The translations under genes were made by a program, and so were the position numbers. A DNA stretch of 64,000 bases from Minisyncoccia bacterium. GTDB taxonomy: Bacteria; Patescibacteriota; Minisyncoccia; Phycocordibacterales; CALRBL01. Each line of letters begins with the position of its first letter. The stretch's first letter is position 1. Location: positions 9,632 through 73,631 of the forward strand of contig JBBRPW010000001.1 in NCBI GenBank assembly GCA_038227435.1. Reading direction: 5' to 3'. Of this stretch, positions 21,416-31,521 are shown one piece after another. The notes below the pieces were generated by a model, which saw only the letters and a program-made list of their open reading frames with translations, was not told where the DNA came from and did no database searches.

Positions 21416-21988
21416 TTAAGAGAGTACCTTGTCAATAATTCCGTATTTCTTAGCTTCATCTGATGTCATATAGTAATCACGGTCTCCATCTTTAGTAACT
21501 TGGTCAACAGATTTACCTGTATTTTTGGCAAGGATTTTATTTAAGACTTCTCGCATTTTTACAATTTGTTTAACACTAATTTCCATGTCGGCTGCTTTGC
21601 CTTCAGTTCCACCCCAAGGTTGATGGATCATAACTTCAGAGTTTGGAAGTGCAAATCGTTTTCCTTTTGCTCCAGCTGATAATATAACAGCACCCATCGA
21701 AGCGGCGAGGCCAACACAAAAGGTAGCAACTTCAGGTTTGATATGTCCCATAGTATCAACAATAGCGAGCCCCGCAGTTACTGATCCTCCTGGTGAATTG
21801 ATGTATATAGTAATGTCTTTTTTAGGATCTTCAGATTGAAGAAAAAGAAGCTGTGCAATAACAAGGTTTGCAACGTTGTCATCAATTGCTCCACCAAGAA
21901 AAATAATTCTTTCTTTCAAAAGCCGTGAATAAATATCGTATGCTCGTTCTCCGAATTGTGACTTTTCAATAACTGTTGGGATTAACAT
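21416..21988 (-). CDS. clpP: ATP-dependent Clp protease proteolytic subunit
   Basis: [28 protein letters not shown]; start trimmed to MLIPTVIE at 21988. Confidence 0.97.
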   Translation of the reverse strand: MLIPTVIEKSQFGERAYDIYSRLLKERIIFLGGAIDDNVANLVIAQLLFLQSEDPKKDITIYINSPGGSVTAGLAIVDTMGHIKPEVATFCVGLAASMGAVILSAGAKGKRFALPNSEVMIHQPWGGTEGKAADMEISVKQIVKMREVLNKILAKNTGKSVDQVTKDGDRDYYMTSDEAKKYGIIDKVLS

Positions 21989-22136
21989 GTTTTTATAGTT
22001 TATTTTTAAATTTATTCTAGTATGGCGTGTCTTTAATGATATCAGGAAAGGATGCCTGGCATGTTTTGTATTTTCAGAATTTGTTAAAGACATCTCAAAC
22101 CCAGTCGTCATCGTACGATGGGGCGTGACCATATTT

Positions 22137-22145
22137 TGTGGATAA
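22137..22145 (-). promoter_or_regulatory. Consensus DnaA box (plus adjacent degenerate tgtgtgtaa)
   Basis: TGTGGATAA between divergent clpP and rsmE. Confidence 0.45.
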
Positions 22146-22252
22146 ACTGTGTGTAACTTTTTGATTAAATTACTTTTTTACTTACCCACGCCGTGAGTGT
22201 ACATCTCTATTTATTTGAATGCAATATCCAATAAATATGGTATCTTCATGTC

Positions 22253-23146
22253 ATGAAAAGTGACTTAAAAACAAATAAAAAAGTACACCGATTTTATGTT
22301 TCAAACAGTAACCTCATAGATATGTGGGCGGGTCTTATCGATTATCCAAGTTTAATAGAACAAACCTTCACCTACTCCGGGGAACACTCACAGCAGTTTG
22401 TTCATGTACTACGGTTTCAACCTGGAAATGTGATTATCTTGTTTAACGAAGTGGATGGAGAAATTAAGTGTGAGTTTACTGTGTGTAACAAGAAGGGGAT
22501 TGTGCTTAAGGTACTTGAAAACAGTGGATATCTCTCAAAAAAGTTCTGTGAAATATATGCCTACGTCCCTCTTTTAAAAAAAGAATCTTTTGATTTAATG
22601 CTTGAAAAACTAACAGAACTAGGTGTTTCAACAATTATTCCAACTGTTTCAACCCACACTCAAATATCCGACATAAACAACAAGCGAGCACAAAAAATAA
22701 TTATCGAAGCAACTGAACAGAGTGGGCAAATCGTCCCGTTGAAAATAGAAGAGATTATTTACCTTGATAAAAAAGAAATCTTGATCAATTCTTTATCAAA
22801 TCTTGATTATATCTTCATTCTACATCCATATTCGATTGAAATACCTACTGTTAATCATGGTGAAACAGTAAAAAAACCACAAAACAAAAGCTTATTTAGC
22901 CAAGTTACAAAATTAGTAGGGGATTATCAAAACAAAAAGACAAAATTAAAAGACCAAGTTTTAATTGGTCTTTTAATTGGCCCTGAGGGAGGCTTTAGTG
23001 ATTTGGATCTTAAAAATATTTTGTCCTTTATACCGGCTTCAAAAATTTCAGTGGTGTCTATAGGACAAAGTATTCTTCGTGCCGAAACGGCAGCTATTGT
23101 TTCATGCTCTCTTGTCCTTCAAGGATTTGCCACACTTTCTCATTAA
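22253..23146 (+). CDS. rsmE: 16S rRNA m3U1498 methyltransferase RsmE
   Basis: HVLR, KLTELGV, EATEQS, IGPEGGF, ILRAETA. Confidence 0.93.
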   Translation: MKSDLKTNKKVHRFYVSNSNLIDMWAGLIDYPSLIEQTFTYSGEHSQQFVHVLRFQPGNVIILFNEVDGEIKCEFTVCNKKGIVLKVLENSGYLSKKFCEIYAYVPLLKKESFDLMLEKLTELGVSTIIPTVSTHTQISDINNKRAQKIIIEATEQSGQIVPLKIEEIIYLDKKEILINSLSNLDYIFILHPYSIEIPTVNHGETVKKPQNKSLFSQVTKLVGDYQNKKTKLKDQVLIGLLIGPEGGFSDLDLKNILSFIPASKISVVSIGQSILRAETAAIVSCSLVLQGFATLSH

Positions 23147-24152
23147 TAAGCATTGTTTCAACATAAGAACGTGCTCGCTCTGGATCTGCGTCTTTAATTT
23201 CGTTAATAATTAAATTAACTTCGTGATCAACCTGTGCTTTCTCAGGAATAATTTTTTGTTCGGCCGCAATCTTATTTAAAATAAGTTGAATTTTTGAACG
23301 TTTGATTGCATCTGGCCCGAGCTCAGTTCGAAGGCTTTCTTCGGTCTTATTAATGTGCTTTAAATAGTCAGGATATGACAGACCCATATTATTAATATTG
23401 TCTTTCATTGAAACAAGCATCCTTTCTGTTTCGTTTTGAATCATAACTTTTGGAACATCAATTTCAGATTTATCGATAACAGCATCCATTACTTCCAATC
23501 TTCGTTTTTCACGATCCCGAACTCCCTTTTCATGAAGAATACTCCCTTTAATTTTTTCACGGAATTCGGCAACATCTTTGAAAGTTCCATATGCTTTAAT
23601 AAATTCTTCATCAACTTTGGGAAGTTCTTCATCAGAGTGATTATGATCATCTCCCATTTCAGAACCGTGGTTTTTATGAAGTGCCATGTGCCTTAGTCGA
23701 TCAATTGATTCTTCAATTTCTTTTTCTTCAACCACAACATCAGTTTCCTTTTTTTCTAACGTTTTTGATATTGCAATATAATCAGGAAGCGTAAATTCAG
23801 GAAGTGTTGCAACTAAGACCGTTACTTCAACAGGATTTCCTTTTGCTAATTTTGTAATACTTATTTCTGGTCGAGTAATCGACATTATTTTTGATTCCTG
23901 AATAATTTCCATGTAGGACTGATCAATTGCAATCATTGCAGCTTCTTCGAAAATTGAATGATCTCCAACTCGTTCTTTAATCATTTTTGATGGAACTTTT
24001 CCTTCCCGAAATCCATCAATCTTTATATTTTTTTGTAGGCTCTCAATTGCTTTTGCTTCAAAAGATTCTACATATGTAGAATCAAAAGTAACAAATAATT
24101 TTATTTCTGAGTTGGGAAGCTTTTCTGTTTTTGTGATTGTAAAATTAGACAT
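23094..24152 (-). CDS. tig: Trigger factor (PPIase domain reduced)
   Basis: IDGFREGKVP ribosome-binding signature; adjacent to clpP. Confidence 0.92.
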   Translation of the reverse strand: MSNFTITKTEKLPNSEIKLFVTFDSTYVESFEAKAIESLQKNIKIDGFREGKVPSKMIKERVGDHSIFEEAAMIAIDQSYMEIIQESKIMSITRPEISITKLAKGNPVEVTVLVATLPEFTLPDYIAISKTLEKKETDVVVEEKEIEESIDRLRHMALHKNHGSEMGDDHNHSDEELPKVDEEFIKAYGTFKDVAEFREKIKGSILHEKGVRDREKRRLEVMDAVIDKSEIDVPKVMIQNETERMLVSMKDNINNMGLSYPDYLKHINKTEESLRTELGPDAIKRSKIQLILNKIAAEQKIIPEKAQVDHEVNLIINEIKDADPERARSYVETMLINEKVWQILEGQESMKQ

Positions 24153-24190
24153 AAGAAATAACTTAACTTTTAATTAATTCGCTAACCGAT

Positions 24191-24715
24191 TTATTTAGGA
24201 AGGGCATCTTTGTAGAGTTGAAGAGAAATATTGAATGCTTCAATCGCTTTATCTTTTCCTTCAATACTTTCAATTGTTACTATTTTATTTTGTAGTTGCT
24301 TATATGTAAGGAAAAAATGTTCAATCTCTTTTAGTGTGTGAGGATTGATGTCGGCTTTATCGTTTACATTTTTCCATCTTGGATCTCCGGTGGGAACACA
24401 AATAATTTTTGCATCAGATTCTCCATCATCAATCATGTTAACAATTGCAACAGGACGAACCGCAACTAAAATTCCAGGAAGAAGTGGATATGTTGTGAGA
24501 ACAACCATATCGAGTGCATCACCGTCGTACCATAACGTTTGAGGAACAAATCCGTAGTCGAAAGGATAATCTTGTGCAGTGTAAAGAGTTCGATCAAGAG
24601 CAATTACCCCTGTTTTTTTATCGATCTCATATTTATTTTTTGATCCTTTATTAATTTCAATAATTGTATTGATCGCCTCAGATGTTCCTGGTTCAATGTC
24701 ATGCAATAAATTCAT
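24191..24715 (-). CDS. ppa: Inorganic pyrophosphatase (family I)
   Basis: KNKYE, YPFDYG, DGDALD, DAKII. Confidence 0.96.
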   Translation of the reverse strand: MNLLHDIEPGTSEAINTIIEINKGSKNKYEIDKKTGVIALDRTLYTAQDYPFDYGFVPQTLWYDGDALDMVVLTTYPLLPGILVAVRPVAIVNMIDDGESDAKIICVPTGDPRWKNVNDKADINPHTLKEIEHFFLTYKQLQNKIVTIESIEGKDKAIEAFNISLQLYKDALPK

Positions 24716-24741
24716 ATTTTTTTAGTGAACTAATAATAAAA

Positions 24742-26064
24742 CTATTCTGTTGGAGTTTCTTTTGTTTCAATCACAACATCAGTTGTAGCCTCTGCTATTG
24801 CATCAGTTAATGCTTCATTTTTAATTTCATCTTTTTTAACAATTTCAACTTGAACTTCATTACCATCTTCTGTAGGTGTTGGCTTTCCACTTGATTGAAT
24901 ATCAATTTTCCATCCAGTAAGTTTTGCGGCAAGTCGAACATTTTGTCCTCCTTTTCCAATCGCAAGTGATTGTTGGTCATCATTAACAATAACGTGAGCT
25001 ACCATAGTTTCTGGTTCCAATTTAATTTCATTAACTTTTGCTGGAGACAGCGCCTCTTTAATAAATTCTGAAGCATCTTCTTTCCAATCAATGATGTCGA
25101 TTTTTTCTCCTCCAAGTTCGCTTGAAACAGTATTTACTCGAACTCCTCGTTGTCCTACCATAGATCCAACTGGATCCACGTGTGGGTCGTTTGAAAATAC
25201 AGCAATTTTACTTCGAGCTCCTGCCTCACGCGCAACTGACTTAACAACAACCGTTCCGGCTTGGATTTCAGGTACTTCTACCTCAAAAAGCTTAGCTAAA
25301 AACTTAGGATGAGATCGTGAAAGCCGTAAAAAGATTCCTCGAGGAGTTTCCTCCACTCGTGTTAGGTACATCCGAACACGTTCTCCTTGTTTATAGCGCT
25401 CTCCTGGAATTTGTTCTTCATATGGAAGCATTCCTTGTGCTCGTCCCATATCGAAGAAAATATTACCTCTTTCCATTCGCTGAACAGTTCCTGATAAGAT
25501 TTCTCCTTCTCTTTTTCCAAATTCGGCTAAAACACTCACTTTTTCAGCTTCTCGAATTTTTTGGATGATTACTTGTTTGGCTGTTTGAGCGGCAATTCGT
25601 CCGAAATCGTCCTTATTTTCCAACGGAAATACCATTTCTTCGCCTACGGCGATACCCTTTTTAATTTTTTTAGCATCTTCTATTAAAATATGATGTTCAG
25701 GGTTAAATCTTGGTTTGATTTCTTGCCCATCTTCACCAACCTGCTTAGTTTCAAAGTTTTGATCAAAATTATGATTACTGTGGCCTTGTTGAGAGTTATT
25801 TTGATTTGATCCGTCAGCGTTTTCAGTGTCATCTGTGTCAAAAATAACTGAATTTTCATCAACAACTACCTTTATTTGAGAAAAATCTGTCTTTCCAGTT
25901 CCCAAGTCAAAATGAGCCCGTATAAACTGGCCACGTTTTCCAAATTCTTTTTTATATGCTGTTGCGAGGGCTAATTCTATGGTTTCCATCACTTTTTCCC
26001 GTGGAACTCCTCGTTCTTCTTCTAGTTGTTCTAATACTGAGTTAATTACTTTTAGGTCAAACAT
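24742..26064 (-). CDS. nusA: Transcription termination/antitermination factor NusA
   Basis: FGRIAAQTAKQ, AREAGARSKIAV, AIGKGGQNVRLA. Confidence 0.97.
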   Translation of the reverse strand: MFDLKVINSVLEQLEEERGVPREKVMETIELALATAYKKEFGKRGQFIRAHFDLGTGKTDFSQIKVVVDENSVIFDTDDTENADGSNQNNSQQGHSNHNFDQNFETKQVGEDGQEIKPRFNPEHHILIEDAKKIKKGIAVGEEMVFPLENKDDFGRIAAQTAKQVIIQKIREAEKVSVLAEFGKREGEILSGTVQRMERGNIFFDMGRAQGMLPYEEQIPGERYKQGERVRMYLTRVEETPRGIFLRLSRSHPKFLAKLFEVEVPEIQAGTVVVKSVAREAGARSKIAVFSNDPHVDPVGSMVGQRGVRVNTVSSELGGEKIDIIDWKEDASEFIKEALSPAKVNEIKLEPETMVAHVIVNDDQQSLAIGKGGQNVRLAAKLTGWKIDIQSSGKPTPTEDGNEVQVEIVKKDEIKNEALTDAIAEATTDVVIETKETPTE

Positions 26065-26537
26065 GTTTTTATATTTAATTGTACCGACATTTGTAAGGTT
26101 GGAGCCCTATATATAGTGTTTTTAGCCATTTTCATTACTTTTCTTGTAAATCACTCTATATATAGAGTGATTTACAGAATTCATTAATAAAACGAGCTTT
26201 TTGAAGATAGAATCTTCTAAACACTGATTTTGGTAAAAAAATTGCCCGATCTCTCGATCCGGGGCACTCTGGATACCGTCCTTTATTGCTACCAACACAC
26301 GCACTATAATAATTTTATCTTCTTTAGTCAAATTTATAAAATTCAAGCTAAAAAGTTGATTTAATGTTTATCAACTCTTAATTAATAATTTTTCAAAACA
26401 ATTATTTTATTTGAAGTGAATAAATTATTTTCTTCACTAAATGTTACAAAGGTTAAATTCAAAAATAGTAAAGATATACACAGTTAAATTCAAATTTACC
26501 TGTACGGAATAGCCTCACAAGATATAATAAAAAGAGT

Positions 26538-27863
26538 ATGAAAAAATATATAAGCAAACTTCTTATCGTTGCTGCTATTTTTTTAATCTCTTTAGGAATT
26601 TATTCTAACTATTTTTCTCACAATAAAAATATTGTGCATGCCCAAGCACTCGATTCATTACAAACTTCTGGACTAAGATTTTTTGATGGATTTGCCTGGT
26701 CTTCAAATATTGGATGGGTTCATTTTAAAGGAACAGCAACAAATGGAACTACATACGGTGTAACAGTCGATGCTGCTACAGGCGCAATGTATGGAAATGC
26801 GTGGTCAACTAATCTTGGTTGGCTTTCATTTGATAGTAGCCTAACAGCTTCGTGTGGATCTAATGTTACATATGATAAAAATGCAGGAACATTTAGTGGA
26901 TACGCAAAGTTTGTTTCCGTAGACGCTGCTCCTGGAAATACTGGAGATTGGACAGGATGCGTAAAATTTTCTGGAAATACTAAAAGTGGCTCATCTTACG
27001 GAGTAACTGCTGTTGAAGGAACTACTCAAGCAGTACTTAGTAATACAGCTTGGGGAAGCGAAGTTGTTGGCTGGTTAAAAATGAGTGGAAATGGTTATGC
27101 TGTGACGATTACAGACACAGCTACACCTCCTCCTAGTTGTTTGCCCCCATCAACTCTTATTGAGGGTAAAGGAGCTAATGCAGGACTGTGTCAGTGTCCT
27201 CCACCAGGAAATGAGGTTATTGCTCCTGGCGCATCTTGTCCTGGACCTACATCGGCTCCTGTAATTAGTGCATCGTCAGGAGCGGGATGTAATCAAATTA
27301 ATATTACTTGGTCAGTTGTTCCTGGAGCCGATCACTATATTCTGTATGAAAGTACATCAGCAAACAGCGGATTTACTCAAGTTGCAAATAATATTGCAGG
27401 AAACATTACAAGCTATAACAGAACTACGGCTATTGTTGGAACGGCATACTATAAATTGGTTGCATCAGCAGATAGTTCAAATACTGTACTTAGTCCAGAT
27501 TCAAATGTAGCTTCAGCTCAAGTTCCTACAACGGGTTGTGTGGTACCTCCTTCATCATCAATCGGAACATTTGTAGGATCACCAACATCAATTGCTAAGG
27601 GAAGCGCATGCACACTTAATTGGACTGGAGTATCTGGAAATACATCATGTAAAATTTACCGGTCTTCAATTGGAGGAATTGCAGTATTTACTGTTCCTGC
27701 AGTTAAAGGACAAGCACAAGATGGAAGCACTGTAATCGATCCATCACTTCAAGCAACAACAAGATATTGGTTACAATGTGAAGCTGATTCTGCAACATTT
27801 CCACCAGTATTTAGCCAACAACAAACACAGTGTACGCTTGCTCCTAAATACGATGAATTTTAA
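26538..27863 (+). CDS. Secreted Cys-containing surface protein with G-x-AWS repeats and an Fn3-like domain
   Basis: Signal peptide; repeated GFAWSSNIGWV / GNAWSTNLGWL / TAWGSEVVGWL; Pro-rich linkers; INITWSVV..Y..Y Fn3-like segment. Confidence 0.8.
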   Translation: MKKYISKLLIVAAIFLISLGIYSNYFSHNKNIVHAQALDSLQTSGLRFFDGFAWSSNIGWVHFKGTATNGTTYGVTVDAATGAMYGNAWSTNLGWLSFDSSLTASCGSNVTYDKNAGTFSGYAKFVSVDAAPGNTGDWTGCVKFSGNTKSGSSYGVTAVEGTTQAVLSNTAWGSEVVGWLKMSGNGYAVTITDTATPPPSCLPPSTLIEGKGANAGLCQCPPPGNEVIAPGASCPGPTSAPVISASSGAGCNQINITWSVVPGADHYILYESTSANSGFTQVANNIAGNITSYNRTTAIVGTAYYKLVASADSSNTVLSPDSNVASAQVPTTGCVVPPSSSIGTFVGSPTSIAKGSACTLNWTGVSGNTSCKIYRSSIGGIAVFTVPAVKGQAQDGSTVIDPSLQATTRYWLQCEADSATFPPVFSQQQTQCTLAPKYDEF

Positions 27864-27874
27864 ATAGAAAAAAT

Positions 27875-28285
27875 ATGGCAACTTTTATAAACAACAATTT
27901 AGGAACAGAATTTCATCAAGATGAAAAAAGGAGAAAAATGTATACAGCCATGTTTATTGTTGTAGGAATATTAGTTGTAATTGGAGTTGTTATTTTATTT
28001 AAACAATACGAAACAGCTAAAAATGAAATTAAAAAAAGCACAGAAATAGTACTTACTCCAGAACAACAAAAACAACTTCTACTTTCACTTAATGCACAAA
28101 GTACATCAAGTGCAAAAACTACTCAACAAAATAATCTGCTACTAAAAAAATTATCAAATTCTACTTCGTCGCCACCGAGTGGAGGCAGTACAGTTGGGAC
28201 ATCGAGCAATAATCAAATAACGAAAGCACAAGAACAAAAACAACAACAACAAATAAATATGCTCCAGACACTGAAAGCAAAATAA
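27875..28285 (+). CDS. Membrane-anchored hypothetical protein
   Basis: Single TM helix, Q/S/T-rich tail. Confidence 0.65.
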   Translation: MATFINNNLGTEFHQDEKRRKMYTAMFIVVGILVVIGVVILFKQYETAKNEIKKSTEIVLTPEQQKQLLLSLNAQSTSSAKTTQQNNLLLKKLSNSTSSPPSGGSTVGTSSNNQITKAQEQKQQQQINMLQTLKAK

Positions 28286-28326
28286 AATTATTAACACATT
28301 ATTAAATTATTAAAACCATCAAATTT

Positions 28327-30735
28327 ATGAAAAAGTCATTTAAGCAAATAGCAGTCATCATTGGAGCCCTTATTTTAGGATTAGGGTCGACATACATTTA
28401 CGCTGCTACGTTTACGGAACCAGCTTGTGCGCCAACAGGATGTAATACATCAGCACCAATTGATGTCAGTGCTGCAGCCCAGTCAAAAACTGGTGGTTTA
28501 ACGCTCTCAGACCCTACAACTGGAATACTGACTGCCAACGGAGGAGCAATAACCGGGGCTTTAGTGAATAATGGAGGTTCGGTACTTGTTGGAAATGTGG
28601 GAGTTGGAACAACAAGTGTTGCTCAAAAAATGACAGTTGATGGAAATCTAAATTTTACAGGTGCCTTAATGACACGTAATAGTGCTGGTGCTCTTGGAAC
28701 AGTGATGTTATCTCAAGGAGCTAAACAATCTCCGATATGGGTGGCAACATCTTCTCTAGGCTTTTCAAATGGAGGGAGCGGTGGAAACGGTGGAGTAAGT
28801 GGAACAGTGGGTACACTTTCTAAATTTATCACGGCATCTTCAGTAGGAAACTCAATTGTTACAGAAGTAGGTCCAAACGTAATTGTAGGATCAGGAGCGG
28901 GAGCAATTCAAATTGGAGGAAGCGACGCAACTCCTCAAGGAATGTGGATTCGAAACGATACAGCAAATCCGGTAATTAGTACAAAAACTGGAGATATGTT
29001 TATGGGATATCAAGGACGTGCTGGGATGACATGGAGGTTTGGTAGTGGAGGAACAGGGGCTTTATTTGCAAATGATATGCCGGCTAACTCATTTACAATA
29101 AATTCTTCCGGATATATTGGTGTCGGAAAAGCTTCAGGATCGATGGCTGGAATTGATGTGAGCGGTCAAGTGCGAGTTGACGGACCAAGTGCTGGAATCA
29201 TATACGCAGACCGATCAACAAACAGACAGTGGCAACTATATGGAACTAGTGATTCTTTCAGATTGTATAATGGAGGAGGAGATGCACTTACTATTGACCC
29301 AAGTGGAAATATTACTGCAGGCGCAATTGGAACAGCAGGATCTTTACCAAGTGATAAACCAGCAGGATGGGCAGGAGGAGTTTCTACATACGACGTAGTC
29401 GCTAAAGCATCGGTACGTGCAAATCAGTTTTGTATAGGAGGCGGAGTAAATTCAACAACACCGGGATCATGTATTACTGCATGGCCCACAGGTGGAAGTG
29501 GTGGAGTAAGTGGAACACTAAATTATCTTGCTAAATTTACACCAAACGGAACGACAGCAGGAAACTCTCAAATTTACGATGATGGAACAAATGTTGGAGT
29601 TGGGAACACAATTCCTGGAGCAAAACTTGATGTTACTGGTAATGTAAAAGCTACTCAATTTTGTTTACCGGGAACTAATCCAACAGGGGGATGTATTTCT
29701 ACTTGGCCTGTAAGTGGAGGATCTGGAACAGTTGGACCTGGAACGGTAAATAAAGTTGCTAAATTTACACCAAATGGAGCAACAGTGGGAGATTCGATCA
29801 TCACGGATAACGGAACAAATGTTAACATTGGAACAGTTGGATCTGCCAAAGCCACACTAACAGTTAATGGTCAAAATGGAGACGCGGTAAATATTTATGC
29901 ACCGTCTGATAATCATCTCGCTATTCAAACCACACTAGATGACAATCCTTTAGGAGTATATGGAGGCGGTCAAAATCAATTATCTCTTCAACCGCTTGTA
30001 GGAAATGTAGGAATCGGAACACTTAACCCAATACGAACATTGGATGTGAAGGGTATTATTCGAACAACAGATGGTAGTCCAACAGGATGGAACTTCTGGG
30101 GTGGGACAAACTTACATATTGGTAATGATGCAAACTATCAAGGATCACCAGCAATCTTTATTCAAGGATCAGATCAAAATGTTGGAATTAACATAACAAA
30201 TCCGGATGAGAAACTAACCGTAACTGGAAACATTAAAGCATCTGGGCAAATGATTTCACAAGGCATTGACGTAGGCGCAGGGCTTGTAGCAGCTGGTTTT
30301 AACGCTAAAAATACAGGAGTATTTAATATGGCAATGACAGGAGGAGCACTTAGTATGTACAATCCAGCAGATGCGGTTCCTGGAGGAAACTTTAGTTTAA
30401 CAATTCTTGGAAGTGCAAATGCGTCAGCTTATTATTACAACTCAGATAAACGACTTAAAAATAATATTAATAATATTGACTCAACAGACGCTCTATCGAA
30501 AATCATAAAACTTCAAGGAGTAACATTTAATTGGAATGCTGATAATCGAAAAGATGTTGGACTTATCGCTCAAGATGTTGAAAAAGTATTTCCAGATGTT
30601 GTAAAAACAAACTCTGATGGATATAAGAGTGTTGAATACGGAAACTTGATAGCACCATTAATTGAATCTGTTAAAGCACAACAGAAAGAAATTGATGCGT
30701 TGAAAAAAGAGATTCAGTCATTAAAAAATAAATAA
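28327..30735 (+). CDS. Secreted fibre/adhesin-like protein with C-terminal peptidase S74 intramolecular chaperone
   Basis: Signal peptide, repeated GNVGIGT and G-rich SGT...AKFT units, SDKRLKNNI...GLIAQDVEKVFP...YGNLIAPLIES coiled coil. Confidence 0.85.
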   Translation: MKKSFKQIAVIIGALILGLGSTYIYAATFTEPACAPTGCNTSAPIDVSAAAQSKTGGLTLSDPTTGILTANGGAITGALVNNGGSVLVGNVGVGTTSVAQKMTVDGNLNFTGALMTRNSAGALGTVMLSQGAKQSPIWVATSSLGFSNGGSGGNGGVSGTVGTLSKFITASSVGNSIVTEVGPNVIVGSGAGAIQIGGSDATPQGMWIRNDTANPVISTKTGDMFMGYQGRAGMTWRFGSGGTGALFANDMPANSFTINSSGYIGVGKASGSMAGIDVSGQVRVDGPSAGIIYADRSTNRQWQLYGTSDSFRLYNGGGDALTIDPSGNITAGAIGTAGSLPSDKPAGWAGGVSTYDVVAKASVRANQFCIGGGVNSTTPGSCITAWPTGGSGGVSGTLNYLAKFTPNGTTAGNSQIYDDGTNVGVGNTIPGAKLDVTGNVKATQFCLPGTNPTGGCISTWPVSGGSGTVGPGTVNKVAKFTPNGATVGDSIITDNGTNVNIGTVGSAKATLTVNGQNGDAVNIYAPSDNHLAIQTTLDDNPLGVYGGGQNQLSLQPLVGNVGIGTLNPIRTLDVKGIIRTTDGSPTGWNFWGGTNLHIGNDANYQGSPAIFIQGSDQNVGINITNPDEKLTVTGNIKASGQMISQGIDVGAGLVAAGFNAKNTGVFNMAMTGGALSMYNPADAVPGGNFSLTILGSANASAYYYNSDKRLKNNINNIDSTDALSKIIKLQGVTFNWNADNRKDVGLIAQDVEKVFPDVVKTNSDGYKSVEYGNLIAPLIESVKAQQKEIDALKKEIQSLKNK

Positions 30736-30736
30736 T

Positions 30737-31378
30737 ATGTCGACATTGTTTCGAAAAAAAATACCATTCTTTTACGCCGCCGTCATTATCGCCTTAATAG
30801 GTAGTTATATTTCGAGTAGTTTGGTTTTTGCAATTAATACAATCGCAGAAGGATACCGAGTAGATTATCATCAAAGTCCAGCACCAACAATAGATGCACA
30901 TAATATTTGTAAAATAGTAAATAATAATTCAACAGTAAGTAAGGGTGTGTTCGTCCCAACTAAATCAAATAACGAATGGACAACGTTTATTAATAGTAGT
31001 GAGTCTGGATATTTATTGGCTCATGGTGTAACTGTTTCAAACTGTTCACTTCCTTCAAATTGTTATTTATTTGAAGCATATGGTCGTTGCGCTGTTTCTC
31101 AAAGTAGTTGGGCACCAGTTTGTAGTGCAGAAGCTGTAGCAACTACACAAGCTAATGCATGGACAAATATTTCAGCTAGTGACCGAACAGATGGGAAGGC
31201 AGCGATTCAGTACGCAGGTAGTCATTTGCCTTCTGGACCAGGTTCTTGGGACTCTAATTCAGGAATTACTGCATCTGGATGGAATTGGGTTACATCAAAA
31301 GAAATTGAATACTCAAACCAAAAAAATAACCAAGGTCCGGTATATGAAGTTTCCGTATATAAACAAATTTGTTATTAA
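30737..31378 (+). CDS. Secreted hypothetical protein
   Basis: Signal peptide; C..V.N....FVPTKS..EW..F motif. Confidence 0.7.
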   Translation: MSTLFRKKIPFFYAAVIIALIGSYISSSLVFAINTIAEGYRVDYHQSPAPTIDAHNICKIVNNNSTVSKGVFVPTKSNNEWTTFINSSESGYLLAHGVTVSNCSLPSNCYLFEAYGRCAVSQSSWAPVCSAEAVATTQANAWTNISASDRTDGKAAIQYAGSHLPSGPGSWDSNSGITASGWNWVTSKEIEYSNQKNNQGPVYEVSVYKQICY

Positions 31379-31415
31379 TTCGATATAAGTAGTTAAAATT
31401 TTTAATGAATTAAAA

Positions 31416-31447
31416 TAAAAACTTCTGAAGATTTCAGAAGTTTTTAT
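31416..31447 (+). terminator. Intrinsic terminator
   Basis: taaaaacttctgaa-gat-ttcagaagttttta followed by T run. Confidence 0.7.
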
Positions 31448-31521
31448 TTTTCTAATTACGATTACAATTTTGTTAATAATTTGCATTAATTTTTGGCTGA
31501 TCATGATATAATTCGAGTAAC

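Noticed and set aside
14291-22145. DnaA boxes as the replication origin
   Set aside because: Boxes are isolated and kilobases apart, with no dnaA/dnaN or dense cluster in the window.
26122-26346. 74-aa ORF upstream of nusA
   Set aside because: Non-ATG start and no recognisable motif; better explained as a structured leader.
28327-30735. Tail-fibre-like gene as evidence of a prophage
   Set aside because: It has a signal peptide and lies among secreted and pilus genes; no other phage genes.
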